Shown here: one piece after another, positions 1-9,085 of the stretch
How the letters are laid out: each line of letters begins with the position of its first letter
Position numbering within the stretch: position 1 is the stretch's first letter
From: an uncultured Thermodesulfobacteriota bacterium
Lineage (GTDB): Bacteria; Desulfobacterota; WTBG01; CAIYCZ01; CAIRTM01
NCBI GenBank assembly: GCA_964518865.1
Contig: CAZFIB010000008.1
Location: forward strand, 8,443 to 72,442
Direction: 5' to 3'
Length of the DNA: 64,000 nt
The notes under the pieces: generated by a model
What the model was told of the DNA's origin: nothing
The model's database searches: none
Seen by the model: only the letters and a program-made list of their open reading frames with translations
Program-made: the position numbers and the translations under genes

Positions 1-254
1 AAGTATCGCTGTATCATGCCTGTACTATAACCTCCCGTCATCTGCTTAACGCTTCATGGTCGAATATTTTTTTAATCTTCCTTTCCCGTTTCATTGCCTC
101 GCCCCTTTCAGGGGAAAAAGGTCATGGTGAGGGGGTGCCATACTGCAGCCCCGGCATTCATCCACGGACTTACGCCCAGGGTCTTCTGCCTGGTAGTGAT
201 ACAATGTGTTCCCTCGCTCTGCCGCGACTGCGCTCGGCATGCAGAACAGAAGTT

Positions 255-1463
255 TTACAGGGCATTATGCGCCCAGTTCACCGCATCGAAAAAGCACTGC
301 GGCAAGCCCTCCTCCTTGATATTGAGCTCCCGTGCAATTGAGGATGCCAGCTCCCAGTCTCCCGTTTCATAGGCTTGTACCAGTGAAAAAACGGAGTGCA
401 GCGTGTTCTGTCCCCCAAGCAGGGCCTGCTTGATATCTTCGAGTAGCGGCAGGTCTGCAAGTATCCGCTCCATGGGCTGATCGATGATGCCGTCGATGAC
501 GGAAAAAAGCCCCATCAGGAAAAAATCAGCGTCCCGGCTTTTCATGCCGACCCGTGCCGCCAGGTGTTCACAGAAACGGGCACGTATGAGCGCCACGAAC
601 AGCAGCTCTTCGGGCTTGTCGTAGCCCATGCCGCTGAGTGCGACGATATTGACCCAGCGCTTGATTTCCTTGACGCCGAGCATAACCAGGGCGTGCCTGA
701 TCGACTCCACCTTGACGCTGAAATTAAAATACGCCGAATTTATGAAGCGCAGCAGTTTGTAGGTCAGAGCGATGTCGTGCTTGATGCTCGACTCGAGCGA
801 CTCGAAGTCGATTTCCGGGCGGTTGACTTCATTGACCACCTTTAAATAGTTCAGCTTGTTGTTTGGAATGTCCCTGCCCTTGACGATATCGGGCTCGCTG
901 AAAAAATACCCCTGAAAATATGTGTACCCCGCTTCAAGCGCCTCTCTGAACTCGTCGAAAGTCTCGACCTTTTCGGCAAGAAACTGCACCGACGTATTCC
1001 GGCACTCTTCCACCACGTAGCGCCGCTCCACACCCGTAGTAATGCGGAAATCGACCTTTATTATGTCTGCCAGATCCACCAGCGGCAGATATTTTGCTTC
1101 AAACACAAAATCATCCAGAGCAATGGTATACCCTTTGTCTTTCAGGCTGCGGCAGGCCTCGACGACCTGCCCGTCCGGCTCCACGCTTTCAAGCACCTCG
1201 ACCGTCAGCATGGAACTGGGAATGTTTGCCGGAGCGCCCCGCAAAAGCAGGTTGCGTGTAAAATTGATAAACGCCGGCTTGCCCTTGGTCAGCGTATCCA
1301 TGCCGATCACCAGCATGCTGTTGGCGATTACCCGGGACGTCGACGTATCACCGTCCTGTGATTCATCGTAAAAGTTTTCTATGCCGGTTCTGAACAGCAG
1401 CTCGTAGGCAACTACTTTTTTATGTCCATTAAAAATCGGCTGTCGAGCTACAAAAACATTCAT
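255..1463 (-). CDS. EAL domain plus HDOD domain protein (c-di-GMP phosphodiesterase-like signalling protein)
   Basis: N-terminus QPIF...AYELLFR with EAL-type acidic motifs; C-terminal half resembles HDOD (YKLLRFINSAYF...LGVKEIKRWV). 402 aa ORF. Confidence 0.7.
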   Translation of the reverse strand: MNVFVARQPIFNGHKKVVAYELLFRTGIENFYDESQDGDTSTSRVIANSMLVIGMDTLTKGKPAFINFTRNLLLRGAPANIPSSMLTVEVLESVEPDGQVVEACRSLKDKGYTIALDDFVFEAKYLPLVDLADIIKVDFRITTGVERRYVVEECRNTSVQFLAEKVETFDEFREALEAGYTYFQGYFFSEPDIVKGRDIPNNKLNYLKVVNEVNRPEIDFESLESSIKHDIALTYKLLRFINSAYFNFSVKVESIRHALVMLGVKEIKRWVNIVALSGMGYDKPEELLFVALIRARFCEHLAARVGMKSRDADFFLMGLFSVIDGIIDQPMERILADLPLLEDIKQALLGGQNTLHSVFSLVQAYETGDWELASSIARELNIKEEGLPQCFFDAVNWAHNAL

Positions 1464-1837
1464 CTCGATAAACTGTGGGGTGGTTGGCTCTTCGTTCAGG
1501 CAACCTCACACCCGGCAGGCACAGCGGTCACCTGTGTTCCGGGACGTCGAACGGTTGCCCGGACCATCTCTGCTTTTCGGTCGATCACGGATCAGACTTT
1601 ACAAAACATTAATGCAGATTGCCTCCCGATACAAGAATTATCGATGCCGTATGTATCCGCTGTCGCCAGGCGCTTCACATGCCGGGGCCCGGGCATTGAA
1701 ACACATAAAAAGAAATCAGATAATAAATTATTCTAAATAATCATAGAGCGCAATAAATCGGATAAAAAAATATAATGCAGCCATGCCCACCAAACACTGC
1801 TCAAGTGCTGTAACATCTTAAAAACACTTTATTTACC

Positions 1838-1866
1838 TTGACAAAACCGGCCGGTTACAGTAAGTG
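1838..1866 (+). promoter_or_regulatory. putative sigma70-type promoter upstream of the flavoprotein operon (TTGACA-N17-TAAGTG)
   Basis: Perfect -35 hexamer TTGACA at 1838-1843, a weak -10 17 nt downstream, and AAAGGAG RBS before ATG 1935. Confidence 0.25.
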
Positions 1867-1934
1867 TATGTAATTATTTTAAAATCATGTCCTCAGGGCA
1901 TATGTGCTGCAGTGATCGATCGAAAGGAGTAACC

Positions 1935-3647
1935 ATGGACACCCAGAAGTGCGTTCCCAACAAACTCCCCGCTGATGTGTATAAAGCTCTTGAAGATATC
2001 GTAGGGCCTGAGTGGATTTCTCAGGACCGGGCCGTCGTGGAATGCTACAGTAAATTTTCAGTCGATTCAGGCGGTACGCTTAAAAAGCACATGAAAGATC
2101 CCAGCAATATTCCGGCCTGCATTATTCTGCCTGAAACGACCGAGCACGTGCAGGCAATCGTGCGGGTCTGTAACCGGTACAAAACTAAGTTCATCCCGTT
2201 CACAAACGGCATGATCACCTTCAACGGCCCGCCGACGCCGGAGCCCACCGTGTGTATCCATGTCAGCCGCATGAACAAAGTGCTTGAGATCGACGAGGAC
2301 ACCATGACCGCCCGGCTGCAGGCCTTTGCCGACTATGCCCAGCTGCAGGCCGATGCCATGAAAAAGGGGCTGTGGAACGGCGGCACACCGCTGGCGACCA
2401 CCCTGTGCAAGCTCTCATCGCAGTGCGCGTTTGCCGGCGTGTGGCAGACCGACCATAAATACGGCACGCTTTCCCGCAACATCGTCAGCATCAAGCTGGT
2501 TACTGCCACGGGTGACATTCTTGTTACCGGATCGGATACGGTTGGGGGGGTGGATACCTTCTGGGAATACGGCCCCGGGCCCGACCTGTTCTCCCTGATC
2601 CGCGGCAGCGGCGGCACGACCGGTATTATAACCGAGATCGTCGTCAAGCTGCACGCCTGGCCCGGCGGCGAGGAGCTGCCCGAGCCCCCGGCAGGCCGAC
2701 CGTGCATTCACACCTATACCGACGACAAATACGACACCGCCGGCTATCCGAAGCGCTACAAGCTGCTGTGGATCGAATTTCCGGACTTTGAAAGCGAGCT
2801 GGCCGCCCTGCGCGAAATCGGCCATGCCTGTATCGGCCAGGGGCTCAACGCCACGGGAGTTTACAATGCCTACTACTGCTCGCAGACACAGGACATGACT
2901 CTCGATCGGGTCGAGAACAAGTTCTTCCCGCCCTACAACTGCTATGTCATCATCGGCGGCATTGTTTCGGAGAAACAGATCGAGCACGAGGAAAACGTGG
3001 TTCGCGATATCGTCGCCGAGGTCGGCGGAACGTTTCTCTCCGAGGAGTACAAGCCCGATGTGCTGCATGCGCTCGCGCCCTGGAACCTCGACTGCATCCG
3101 GCATGTCACCGGCTACCGCATGAACCGCCATGCCTACTGCGGTTCCAACATTCTCGGCGGGCCGGTGGACACCGTAGCCCGCAAAACCCGGCAGGTGTGG
3201 TCCAAGGCCGTTGAAACGTTCGGGGAGACCTATGTGACCGACCGCGGCGGTATGGACGACACCCCGTTTCTGTATTCAAGCAATCACAGCGGCCGCTACT
3301 GGCTGACCGAGGCCGATGTCTACCCCGACATGACCAATCCCGAGCTGTTGCAGAGAGGATCAGCCCTTGTGGCCTGCGGAATCGTAAATACCATCGCCGA
3401 CAGGTTCGGCCCCGGCGCCAACGGTCTGGGCGTGTCCATAGAGCCGATAACCTCGTTCATGCCTGAAGTCGGCCCGAATGCGCATCTGCTCTTCCGCCCG
3501 ATTCGTGAAATATTCGACCCCAACGGCCTGTGCGCCACCGGCCGTCAGATATTTACAAAAGAAGAATACGAGCAGTTCCCGGAAGAGGCTGCTGCCGGAC
3601 TCAACAAGCTGCGGCAGATGCACGGCCTCGACTCCATAAACCGCTAA
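1935..3647 (+). CDS. FAD-binding oxidoreductase, FAD-linked oxidase (VAO/PCMH/GlcD-like) family
   Basis: N-terminal FAD-binding PCMH-type sequence (ACIILPETTEHVQAIVRVCNRYKTKFIPFTNG), 571 aa from the RBS-supported ATG at 1935. The six-frame ORF extends to 1887. Confidence 0.7.
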   Translation: MDTQKCVPNKLPADVYKALEDIVGPEWISQDRAVVECYSKFSVDSGGTLKKHMKDPSNIPACIILPETTEHVQAIVRVCNRYKTKFIPFTNGMITFNGPPTPEPTVCIHVSRMNKVLEIDEDTMTARLQAFADYAQLQADAMKKGLWNGGTPLATTLCKLSSQCAFAGVWQTDHKYGTLSRNIVSIKLVTATGDILVTGSDTVGGVDTFWEYGPGPDLFSLIRGSGGTTGIITEIVVKLHAWPGGEELPEPPAGRPCIHTYTDDKYDTAGYPKRYKLLWIEFPDFESELAALREIGHACIGQGLNATGVYNAYYCSQTQDMTLDRVENKFFPPYNCYVIIGGIVSEKQIEHEENVVRDIVAEVGGTFLSEEYKPDVLHALAPWNLDCIRHVTGYRMNRHAYCGSNILGGPVDTVARKTRQVWSKAVETFGETYVTDRGGMDDTPFLYSSNHSGRYWLTEADVYPDMTNPELLQRGSALVACGIVNTIADRFGPGANGLGVSIEPITSFMPEVGPNAHLLFRPIREIFDPNGLCATGRQIFTKEEYEQFPEEAAAGLNKLRQMHGLDSINR

Positions 3648-3687
3648 GTCCCGGTGACCGTCAACCAGTTACGAGAGGAAAGCTACC

Positions 3688-5163
3688 ATGGCAGTTCAGA
3701 AAAGCGACCTTGAAAAAATAGTCGGCAGTGACAGTGTTCTCAGCGATGCCGATACCCTGGCTGCATACTCGCGCGACCAGAGCTTTGTGCAGCCGCGGCG
3801 GCCGGATCATGTCGTTTTTGTCGAAACCACCGAGCAGGTACAGGATATCGTGCGGCTTGCGAACCGGACAAAAACCCCCGTAACACCCTACAGCTCGGGA
3901 ATGAACCTGCACGGTGCCGCTGTGCCCGATCAGGGCGGCATTATTCTCAACATGAGCAGAATGAACGGCATACTGCAGATTGACGAAAAAAACTGGTATG
4001 TCATCATAGAGCCGGGTGTCACCTACCGGCAGCTGCAGGATATGCTCACCGAAAAGGGTTTTCGCATCATGGTTCCGTTCGGCGTGCCGCCGCAGCGCTC
4101 CGTTATGACGAGCTATCTGGAACGCGATCCTGTTTTGACCGCACCGAGCTTTGAGCACGGCAACTATCTTATAATGGACACCGAGCTGGTGCTGCCCAAC
4201 GGCGAGCTGTTCCGCACCGGCAACTGGACCTCGGGCGGCGACCCCGGCGCACCCAGCGGCCCCATCCGCAACACTATCTTCCGGCTCTGGACCGGCGCCC
4301 AGGGTACCCTGGGAATCATGACGAAAATGGTCCTGCAGATCGAGCCGGTTCAGCTGCTCCAAAAGATTTTTTTTATCGCCTTCGATTCGCTTGCCGATGC
4401 GGTTTCCCCCCTGAAACGCATACAGCTCAGGGAAATCGGCGGCGAGTGCTTCCTGCTGAACAACTTCAGCCTGGCCGCAATGCTCAACGATGCCTGGGAC
4501 AGACCTGATGCATTTCCGGCCGAACCGTCCGACGTGAAGGAATTCGAGCAGGTCCGCAAACTGCTGCCGCCGTGGCTGCTGGCCGTCTGTATCAACGGAT
4601 ATTTCCGCCGGCCCCAGGAAAAAATCGACTATGAGACGGAGGCCCTCAGGGAGGTCTGCGACAGTGAGAATGTGCGCCTGATCGATGTACTGCCCAACGT
4701 TCCCGGCGTTGAAACCGTATTCAAGAGCCAAATGCTGCGCCCCTGGAGCATTCTCAAAAAATTCCGTTTCAGGGGATGCGTTCACGACCTGACATTCAAG
4801 GCACCCCTGAAAAAAGCACCGGACCTGGCCCGGCAGGTCGAAGATCTTGCCCGCGCGAAGGGCTATCCCGCTGGGGACATCGGCATGTTCGTGCTTCCCC
4901 TCGAGCGGGGCCGCGCTGTTCACTGTGAGTTCGACCTGCACTGCCCGGCGGAGGAGTGCCCCGAACGTGAGGCGGTCAGAATTCTGTGGAACGAAGCCTC
5001 ATCCGCACTCATCAACAGCGGCGCCTACTTCGACAGGCCCTACGGGCCCTGGGCTGGTATGATGTACAGCCGGGCGGCAGGCTACACACAGAAACTGAGA
5101 CAGCTCAAGGCTGAAATCGACCCTCACAATATACTGAACCCGGGAAAGCTGTGTTTTTCATAA
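3688..5163 (+). CDS. FAD-linked oxidase family flavoprotein (second paralog)
   Basis: HVVFVETTEQVQDIVRLANRTKTPVTPYSSGMNLHGAAV is an FAD_binding_4-type N-terminal domain. RBS GAGAGGAAAG. Starts 40 nt after the previous gene, so likely an operon. Confidence 0.7.
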   Translation: MAVQKSDLEKIVGSDSVLSDADTLAAYSRDQSFVQPRRPDHVVFVETTEQVQDIVRLANRTKTPVTPYSSGMNLHGAAVPDQGGIILNMSRMNGILQIDEKNWYVIIEPGVTYRQLQDMLTEKGFRIMVPFGVPPQRSVMTSYLERDPVLTAPSFEHGNYLIMDTELVLPNGELFRTGNWTSGGDPGAPSGPIRNTIFRLWTGAQGTLGIMTKMVLQIEPVQLLQKIFFIAFDSLADAVSPLKRIQLREIGGECFLLNNFSLAAMLNDAWDRPDAFPAEPSDVKEFEQVRKLLPPWLLAVCINGYFRRPQEKIDYETEALREVCDSENVRLIDVLPNVPGVETVFKSQMLRPWSILKKFRFRGCVHDLTFKAPLKKAPDLARQVEDLARAKGYPAGDIGMFVLPLERGRAVHCEFDLHCPAEECPEREAVRILWNEASSALINSGAYFDRPYGPWAGMMYSRAAGYTQKLRQLKAEIDPHNILNPGKLCFS

Positions 5164-5196
5164 GTACCAGTTTATCGACAGGAGGTTGTACCGGAT

Positions 5197-6528
5197 ATGG
5201 CGGATTATGATGTAATAGTTGTCGGATGCGGTCCGGCCGGGCTTATGGCCTGCGGAGAACTTGCCCGCCGGGGCGTCAAAGTGTTAGGCGTCGACAAAAA
5301 CCCCGATCCCGGCAGAAACACACGAACGGCGTCTGGATACTGCTTTCTCGACCAGCCGTTCAACAACTGCGTTATTCGCTCAGAGGAAAAACCCGAAGAG
5401 AACAGAACCTATCTGCATTTCGACGAAATCGGTTTTACAACCTGCTATTCCGGCATAATGCAGGGCGTCTATCATTCATATATGTTCTCCGATACCGGCA
5501 AATGGTGGCGGGCCTCGACCACCAAAAAGCCGTTTTATCAGCTGTTCGATCCCGGCCGTTGCAAGGCCGACCGGTACGAGTGGGCGCTTGCCAAGGGAGC
5601 CGAGTTCATGCCTGAAACCCTTGCGCTGCATGTCGATCAGAGTGATACGGACGTGCGCCTGACCGTTCGCAGCACGGGCAGGAACAAAACGCTGACCTGC
5701 AAAAAAATGATAGCGTCCGACGGCCTCTCCTCGCGCATGGCCAAGGAGTCCGGCGCCAACAGGGCCCGGACGTTCTTCGGCAAAGGCCCGACCATCGAAT
5801 ATGAAATGGTCGGTGTCGATGTTCCCTACGACCGCGGCGACATGTTCTTTTTCGGCGCCGACAACTTCGGCGGCATGGCGGGCGGCATCATCATGGTGCC
5901 CAGCCCCATAGCCGAGGATGCCTACCGCCTGGAAACCATATCGGTGCTGCCTGCATCGACCGCTGAAAAGCTGATCGAGTATTTTGTTTACAAGGGCCCG
6001 TATGCCGGGTGGTTCAAAAAGGCAGAGATTGTCGACAAGAGCGGTGCACTGGTTGAAATGCTCACCCCCATGCTGAAGCCGCACCTTGGCAACATTCTCT
6101 TCGTCGGCGACTCGGCGGCCTGGCTCGAGTGCCTGTACCAGAGCGCCACAATGGCCGGCTACATGGGCGGCCTATGCGTTCAGGAAGAGCTCGAGGGCAA
6201 AAACGGCTTCGATCATTACACCAGGTTCTGGGAGGACCACTTCGAGTGGGTCAAAAACCCCGTCAGAATGGCCGACTATATGAAGCGGGTCATGTTTCCC
6301 CGTTTTTTCACCGTCAAGGAGCTCGACTTCCTGTTCGACCTTTCACAGAAGCATCCTATCGTCATGGAGGAGGCTGAAGCAACGCCCTATGACTTCACCA
6401 CCATGGTCATGGAAAATTTCATCGCCATGGACGAGGTGCCCGAAGAGCTCAAAGAGCGCATGCGCATGGTCATCAATGCCGATATGTCGGTCCTCTCACA
6501 GCTCATCGGCAAGGTGCAGAAATCGTAA
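5197..6528 (+). CDS. FAD-dependent oxidoreductase, geranylgeranyl-reductase-like
   Basis: Dinucleotide-binding motif DVIVVGCGPAGLMACGELARRGVKVLGVDK. 443 aa. Third gene of the flavoprotein operon. Confidence 0.65.
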   Translation: MADYDVIVVGCGPAGLMACGELARRGVKVLGVDKNPDPGRNTRTASGYCFLDQPFNNCVIRSEEKPEENRTYLHFDEIGFTTCYSGIMQGVYHSYMFSDTGKWWRASTTKKPFYQLFDPGRCKADRYEWALAKGAEFMPETLALHVDQSDTDVRLTVRSTGRNKTLTCKKMIASDGLSSRMAKESGANRARTFFGKGPTIEYEMVGVDVPYDRGDMFFFGADNFGGMAGGIIMVPSPIAEDAYRLETISVLPASTAEKLIEYFVYKGPYAGWFKKAEIVDKSGALVEMLTPMLKPHLGNILFVGDSAAWLECLYQSATMAGYMGGLCVQEELEGKNGFDHYTRFWEDHFEWVKNPVRMADYMKRVMFPRFFTVKELDFLFDLSQKHPIVMEEAEATPYDFTTMVMENFIAMDEVPEELKERMRMVINADMSVLSQLIGKVQKS

Positions 6529-6555
6529 TATAGGGGTCACAACAATAGAACAATA

Positions 6556-7628
6556 GGGGTCAAATCTGCTCTTGACTCATTGGCAGTTCGGTTTCAATAT
6601 TCTTCACACGTCTCAGAATCTGTTCGTCCGTCTCGAGCCGTGCCCGCATACGCACAAGGACACTGCTGACCGTGCTGTATGATCGAATTGCATACAGGCG
6701 CCCGATATCTTCGAGTTTTAATCCGGCATGTTTCCGCGCCAGATATATAGCCACATTGCGGGCATCGTTAGCCATGCCGCGCCGGCTGCAGACAAGTTCC
6801 TTCGGGTCTGTCCTGAATTCGGCACACACCGCTTCCTGTATCCGGGAGATGTCCGGGGACAGGCTTCTGGACTGCGGTATCTCTGTATCTTTTTTGAGTG
6901 CATAGTACGTTTCCTTTATGCGTGCGAGAAATGTATCACTGCCCAGAACAGCCTTCAGCCTCTTGGCTTTAAAAACCTTTTGCATCGACTCGGAATCCGG
7001 CTGGCATACAAAGTGACGGTATGCCCGGGTTTGCCGGGCAGCATTATTCTCCAGCATACTCAGCACGGGCTGTTTGCATATCCATCCCCAGCCGGATGCA
7101 TTACTGACATATCCCCTATGGCTGCTCCACTGATACTGTTCAATACTTTCAGCCACTCCGGCCCGGACGGGATTGCGATGAATATAGCGCATGACTTCCA
7201 GCAGATAGCTGTCCGCTTCTACCAGAATTGATTTGAACCGTCCGCGGAACAACTGGCCGTCTTTGCGGTATTTCCGGTTGTAGTACTGGGTGTAGATGCC
7301 GTTTATGTGACGCATGCAGCGCGACAGATTCGCCCGCGGTGTCATTACCAGCAGGTGGTAGTGATTGGACATCAGGCAGTATGCGGCAACGCGAAGATCA
7401 AACATCCCGGTGGTTTCCTGCACGATATCCAGAAAACGCCGATAGTCATCTGCGCTGCGATATACTTTCTGCCCCTGTCTGCCACGGTTCATTACATGAT
7501 ACCAGGCATTTTCAAATTCTATGCGTAACGGGCGGGTCATAATCTGACAATATATACTTCATGCCAGCAAGAATCAAGAGCAGATTTGACCTATTTTTCT
7601 TTCAAGAGTCAAGAGCAGATTTGACCCC
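6556..7628. mobile_element. IR/REP-bounded Y1-transposase unit: 23-bp perfect inverted repeats (GGGGTCAAATCTGCTCTTGACTC) flank the transposase gene
   Basis: 6556-6578 is the exact reverse complement of 7606-7628. An additional partial inner copy lies at 7574-7591. Each repeat is itself an imperfect palindrome (GTCAA...TTGAC), so REP-like. Confidence 0.6.
6560..7540 (-). CDS. Y1 HUH transposase (IS200-like/RAYT, transposase_17) fused to a DnaA C-terminal helix-turn-helix-like domain
   Basis: N-terminus MTRPLRIEFENAWYHVMNRG...AYCLMSNHYHLL (HUH) ...YIHRNPVRAG. The C-terminal about 100 aa (NVAIYLARKHAGLKLEDIGRLYAIRSYSTVSSV) resembles DnaA domain IV. Confidence 0.75.
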   Translation of the reverse strand: MTRPLRIEFENAWYHVMNRGRQGQKVYRSADDYRRFLDIVQETTGMFDLRVAAYCLMSNHYHLLVMTPRANLSRCMRHINGIYTQYYNRKYRKDGQLFRGRFKSILVEADSYLLEVMRYIHRNPVRAGVAESIEQYQWSSHRGYVSNASGWGWICKQPVLSMLENNAARQTRAYRHFVCQPDSESMQKVFKAKRLKAVLGSDTFLARIKETYYALKKDTEIPQSRSLSPDISRIQEAVCAEFRTDPKELVCSRRGMANDARNVAIYLARKHAGLKLEDIGRLYAIRSYSTVSSVLVRMRARLETDEQILRRVKNIETELPMSQEQI

Positions 7629-7675
7629 ATTTTTTTCTTTTTTTTCAAAAAAGAGTTTGCACAGGTAAATAATAT

Positions 7676-7975
7676 ATGTACAATGTACATATGAATGATA
7701 TTCGTTTTGAGTGGGACGAGCATAAAAATCGTGAAAACAGGCGAAAGCACAAAGTCTCTTTCGAAGAAGCTCAGACGGTTTTTCTCGATGAAAATGCTAT
7801 CCGATATTTTGACCCTGACCATTCCAACGAGGAGGACCGGTTTATCATGCTCGGCATGAGCTTCATGCTTCGTGTGCTCATTGTGTGCCACTGCTACCAG
7901 GAGGATGATTCGGTAATCCGGATTATCTCCGCCCGCAAAGCAGACAAACGTGAACAATCCGTCTACTGGAGTTGA
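7676..7975 (+). CDS. brnT: BrnT-family ribonuclease toxin (DUF497)
   Basis: IRFEWDEHKNRENRRKHKVSFEEAQTVFLDENAIRYFD matches the BrnT/DUF497 signature. 99 aa. Confidence 0.8.
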   Translation: MYNVHMNDIRFEWDEHKNRENRRKHKVSFEEAQTVFLDENAIRYFDPDHSNEEDRFIMLGMSFMLRVLIVCHCYQEDDSVIRIISARKADKREQSVYWS

Positions 7976-7978
7976 ACT

Positions 7979-8197
7979 ATGAGAAAACATTACGACTTCA
8001 GCAAAATGAAGGGACAGAAAAATCCGTATACCAAGCGGCTGAAACAACCTGTTACCATGCGACTGGACAAACAAACGATTGCGTATTTCAAGAACCTTGC
8101 CGAAGAGCTGGGCATGCCCTATCAAAGCCTGATCAACCTCTACCTGAGAGACTGTGCCCTGCACCACAGAAAGCTGGAAATCAAGTGGGCGTCATGA
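7979..8197 (+). CDS. brnA: BrnA-family antitoxin (CopG-like)
   Basis: 72 aa starting 4 nt after brnT. KNPYTKRLKQPVTMRLDKQTIAYFKNLAEELGMPYQSLINLYL is typical of BrnA. Confidence 0.75.
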   Translation: MRKHYDFSKMKGQKNPYTKRLKQPVTMRLDKQTIAYFKNLAEELGMPYQSLINLYLRDCALHHRKLEIKWAS

Positions 8198-8206
8198 GTT
8201 TGAAAA

Positions 8207-9061
8207 TCAAAAATACACCCCTATCGCCAGCGAGTAATACTGTCCGCTGAGGTCGATATCCATCCGGCGGGACGCCCGCAGGTCGACGTTAACCGGCACA
8301 CCGCCCAGTTTCAGCCCGTCGGTAAAGTGGGTGACCGCATTACCTTTAAGGCGGTTCCATACCTGAAATGCAGAAACGGTTATCAGCCACTTTTCAAGAC
8401 GGGGGTTTATTTTACCGAGGTTCAGGTTGAAGCCGACCATCAGCTTGCAGCCCCACTCGGAGTCGTTCCAGTTGACCCGCACCCTGTCATACAGGAGGTT
8501 CTGCTTGCGAAGCTTGAAAACCGACTCGCTCCTGAAATAGGTATATCCCAGCCCTGCGGCAACAAAGGGCTCGAGCAGCAGGCCGGAGCGGTACTCGTCG
8601 CGGCAATTGGTCGTCAGCGGATAAAAATACAGGTTTGTCCACATGGCCAGGGCTGAATAGCGCTGCCGCATGCGTATGCCGACCGCCATCGGCATTCCGC
8701 GGAAGCCTGTGCTGGAAGAAAGCAGCGAGCCGCTGGAATAGGCAACCGCGAAATCCGTTTTGAAATATTTCGAGAGGTCCTTCCACAAAACAATGTCGAT
8801 CGATTCGACCCAGATCGTGTCCCAGTCCCGCAGGCTGCTGCCGGTCATGGTATTGATGTCCCTGATCATGTGGTTTGCGTTTGTCAGCTTGGGATAGATA
8901 TTGGTGGTCTGCAGCTTGATCCCGTCAAAAAAGGGAATCCGTATGCGGGTTGTCGATGCAGACGGCTCTTCCCCGCCGCCGGCATGCACACATACCGTCC
9001 ATGCCCATATAAAAAAAAACAGCCCGAAGGCCATACTGTGCTTGTGCGCCTGTCTTATCAT
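8207..9061 (-). CDS. outer-membrane beta-barrel protein (hypothetical)
   Basis: Signal peptide (AFGLFFFIWAWTVCVHA), alternating amphipathic strands and a C-terminal aromatic residue (..IGVYF). The real start may be Met 9034. Confidence 0.45.
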   Translation of the reverse strand: MIRQAHKHSMAFGLFFFIWAWTVCVHAGGGEEPSASTTRIRIPFFDGIKLQTTNIYPKLTNANHMIRDINTMTGSSLRDWDTIWVESIDIVLWKDLSKYFKTDFAVAYSSGSLLSSSTGFRGMPMAVGIRMRQRYSALAMWTNLYFYPLTTNCRDEYRSGLLLEPFVAAGLGYTYFRSESVFKLRKQNLLYDRVRVNWNDSEWGCKLMVGFNLNLGKINPRLEKWLITVSAFQVWNRLKGNAVTHFTDGLKLGGVPVNVDLRASRRMDIDLSGQYYSLAIGVYF

Positions 9062-9085
9062 ATGGTTTGATGTTCAGTCACGGGA

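Noticed and set aside
2045-3131. long antisense ORFs (for example 2415-3131 minus, 238 aa) overlapping the flavoprotein genes, and many similar ORFs throughout (for example 5476-6084, 16863-17750, 18415-19578)
   Set aside because: Typical spurious ORFs in high-GC DNA. No RBS, biased Arg/Ala/Gly composition, and fully embedded in well-supported genes on the other strand.
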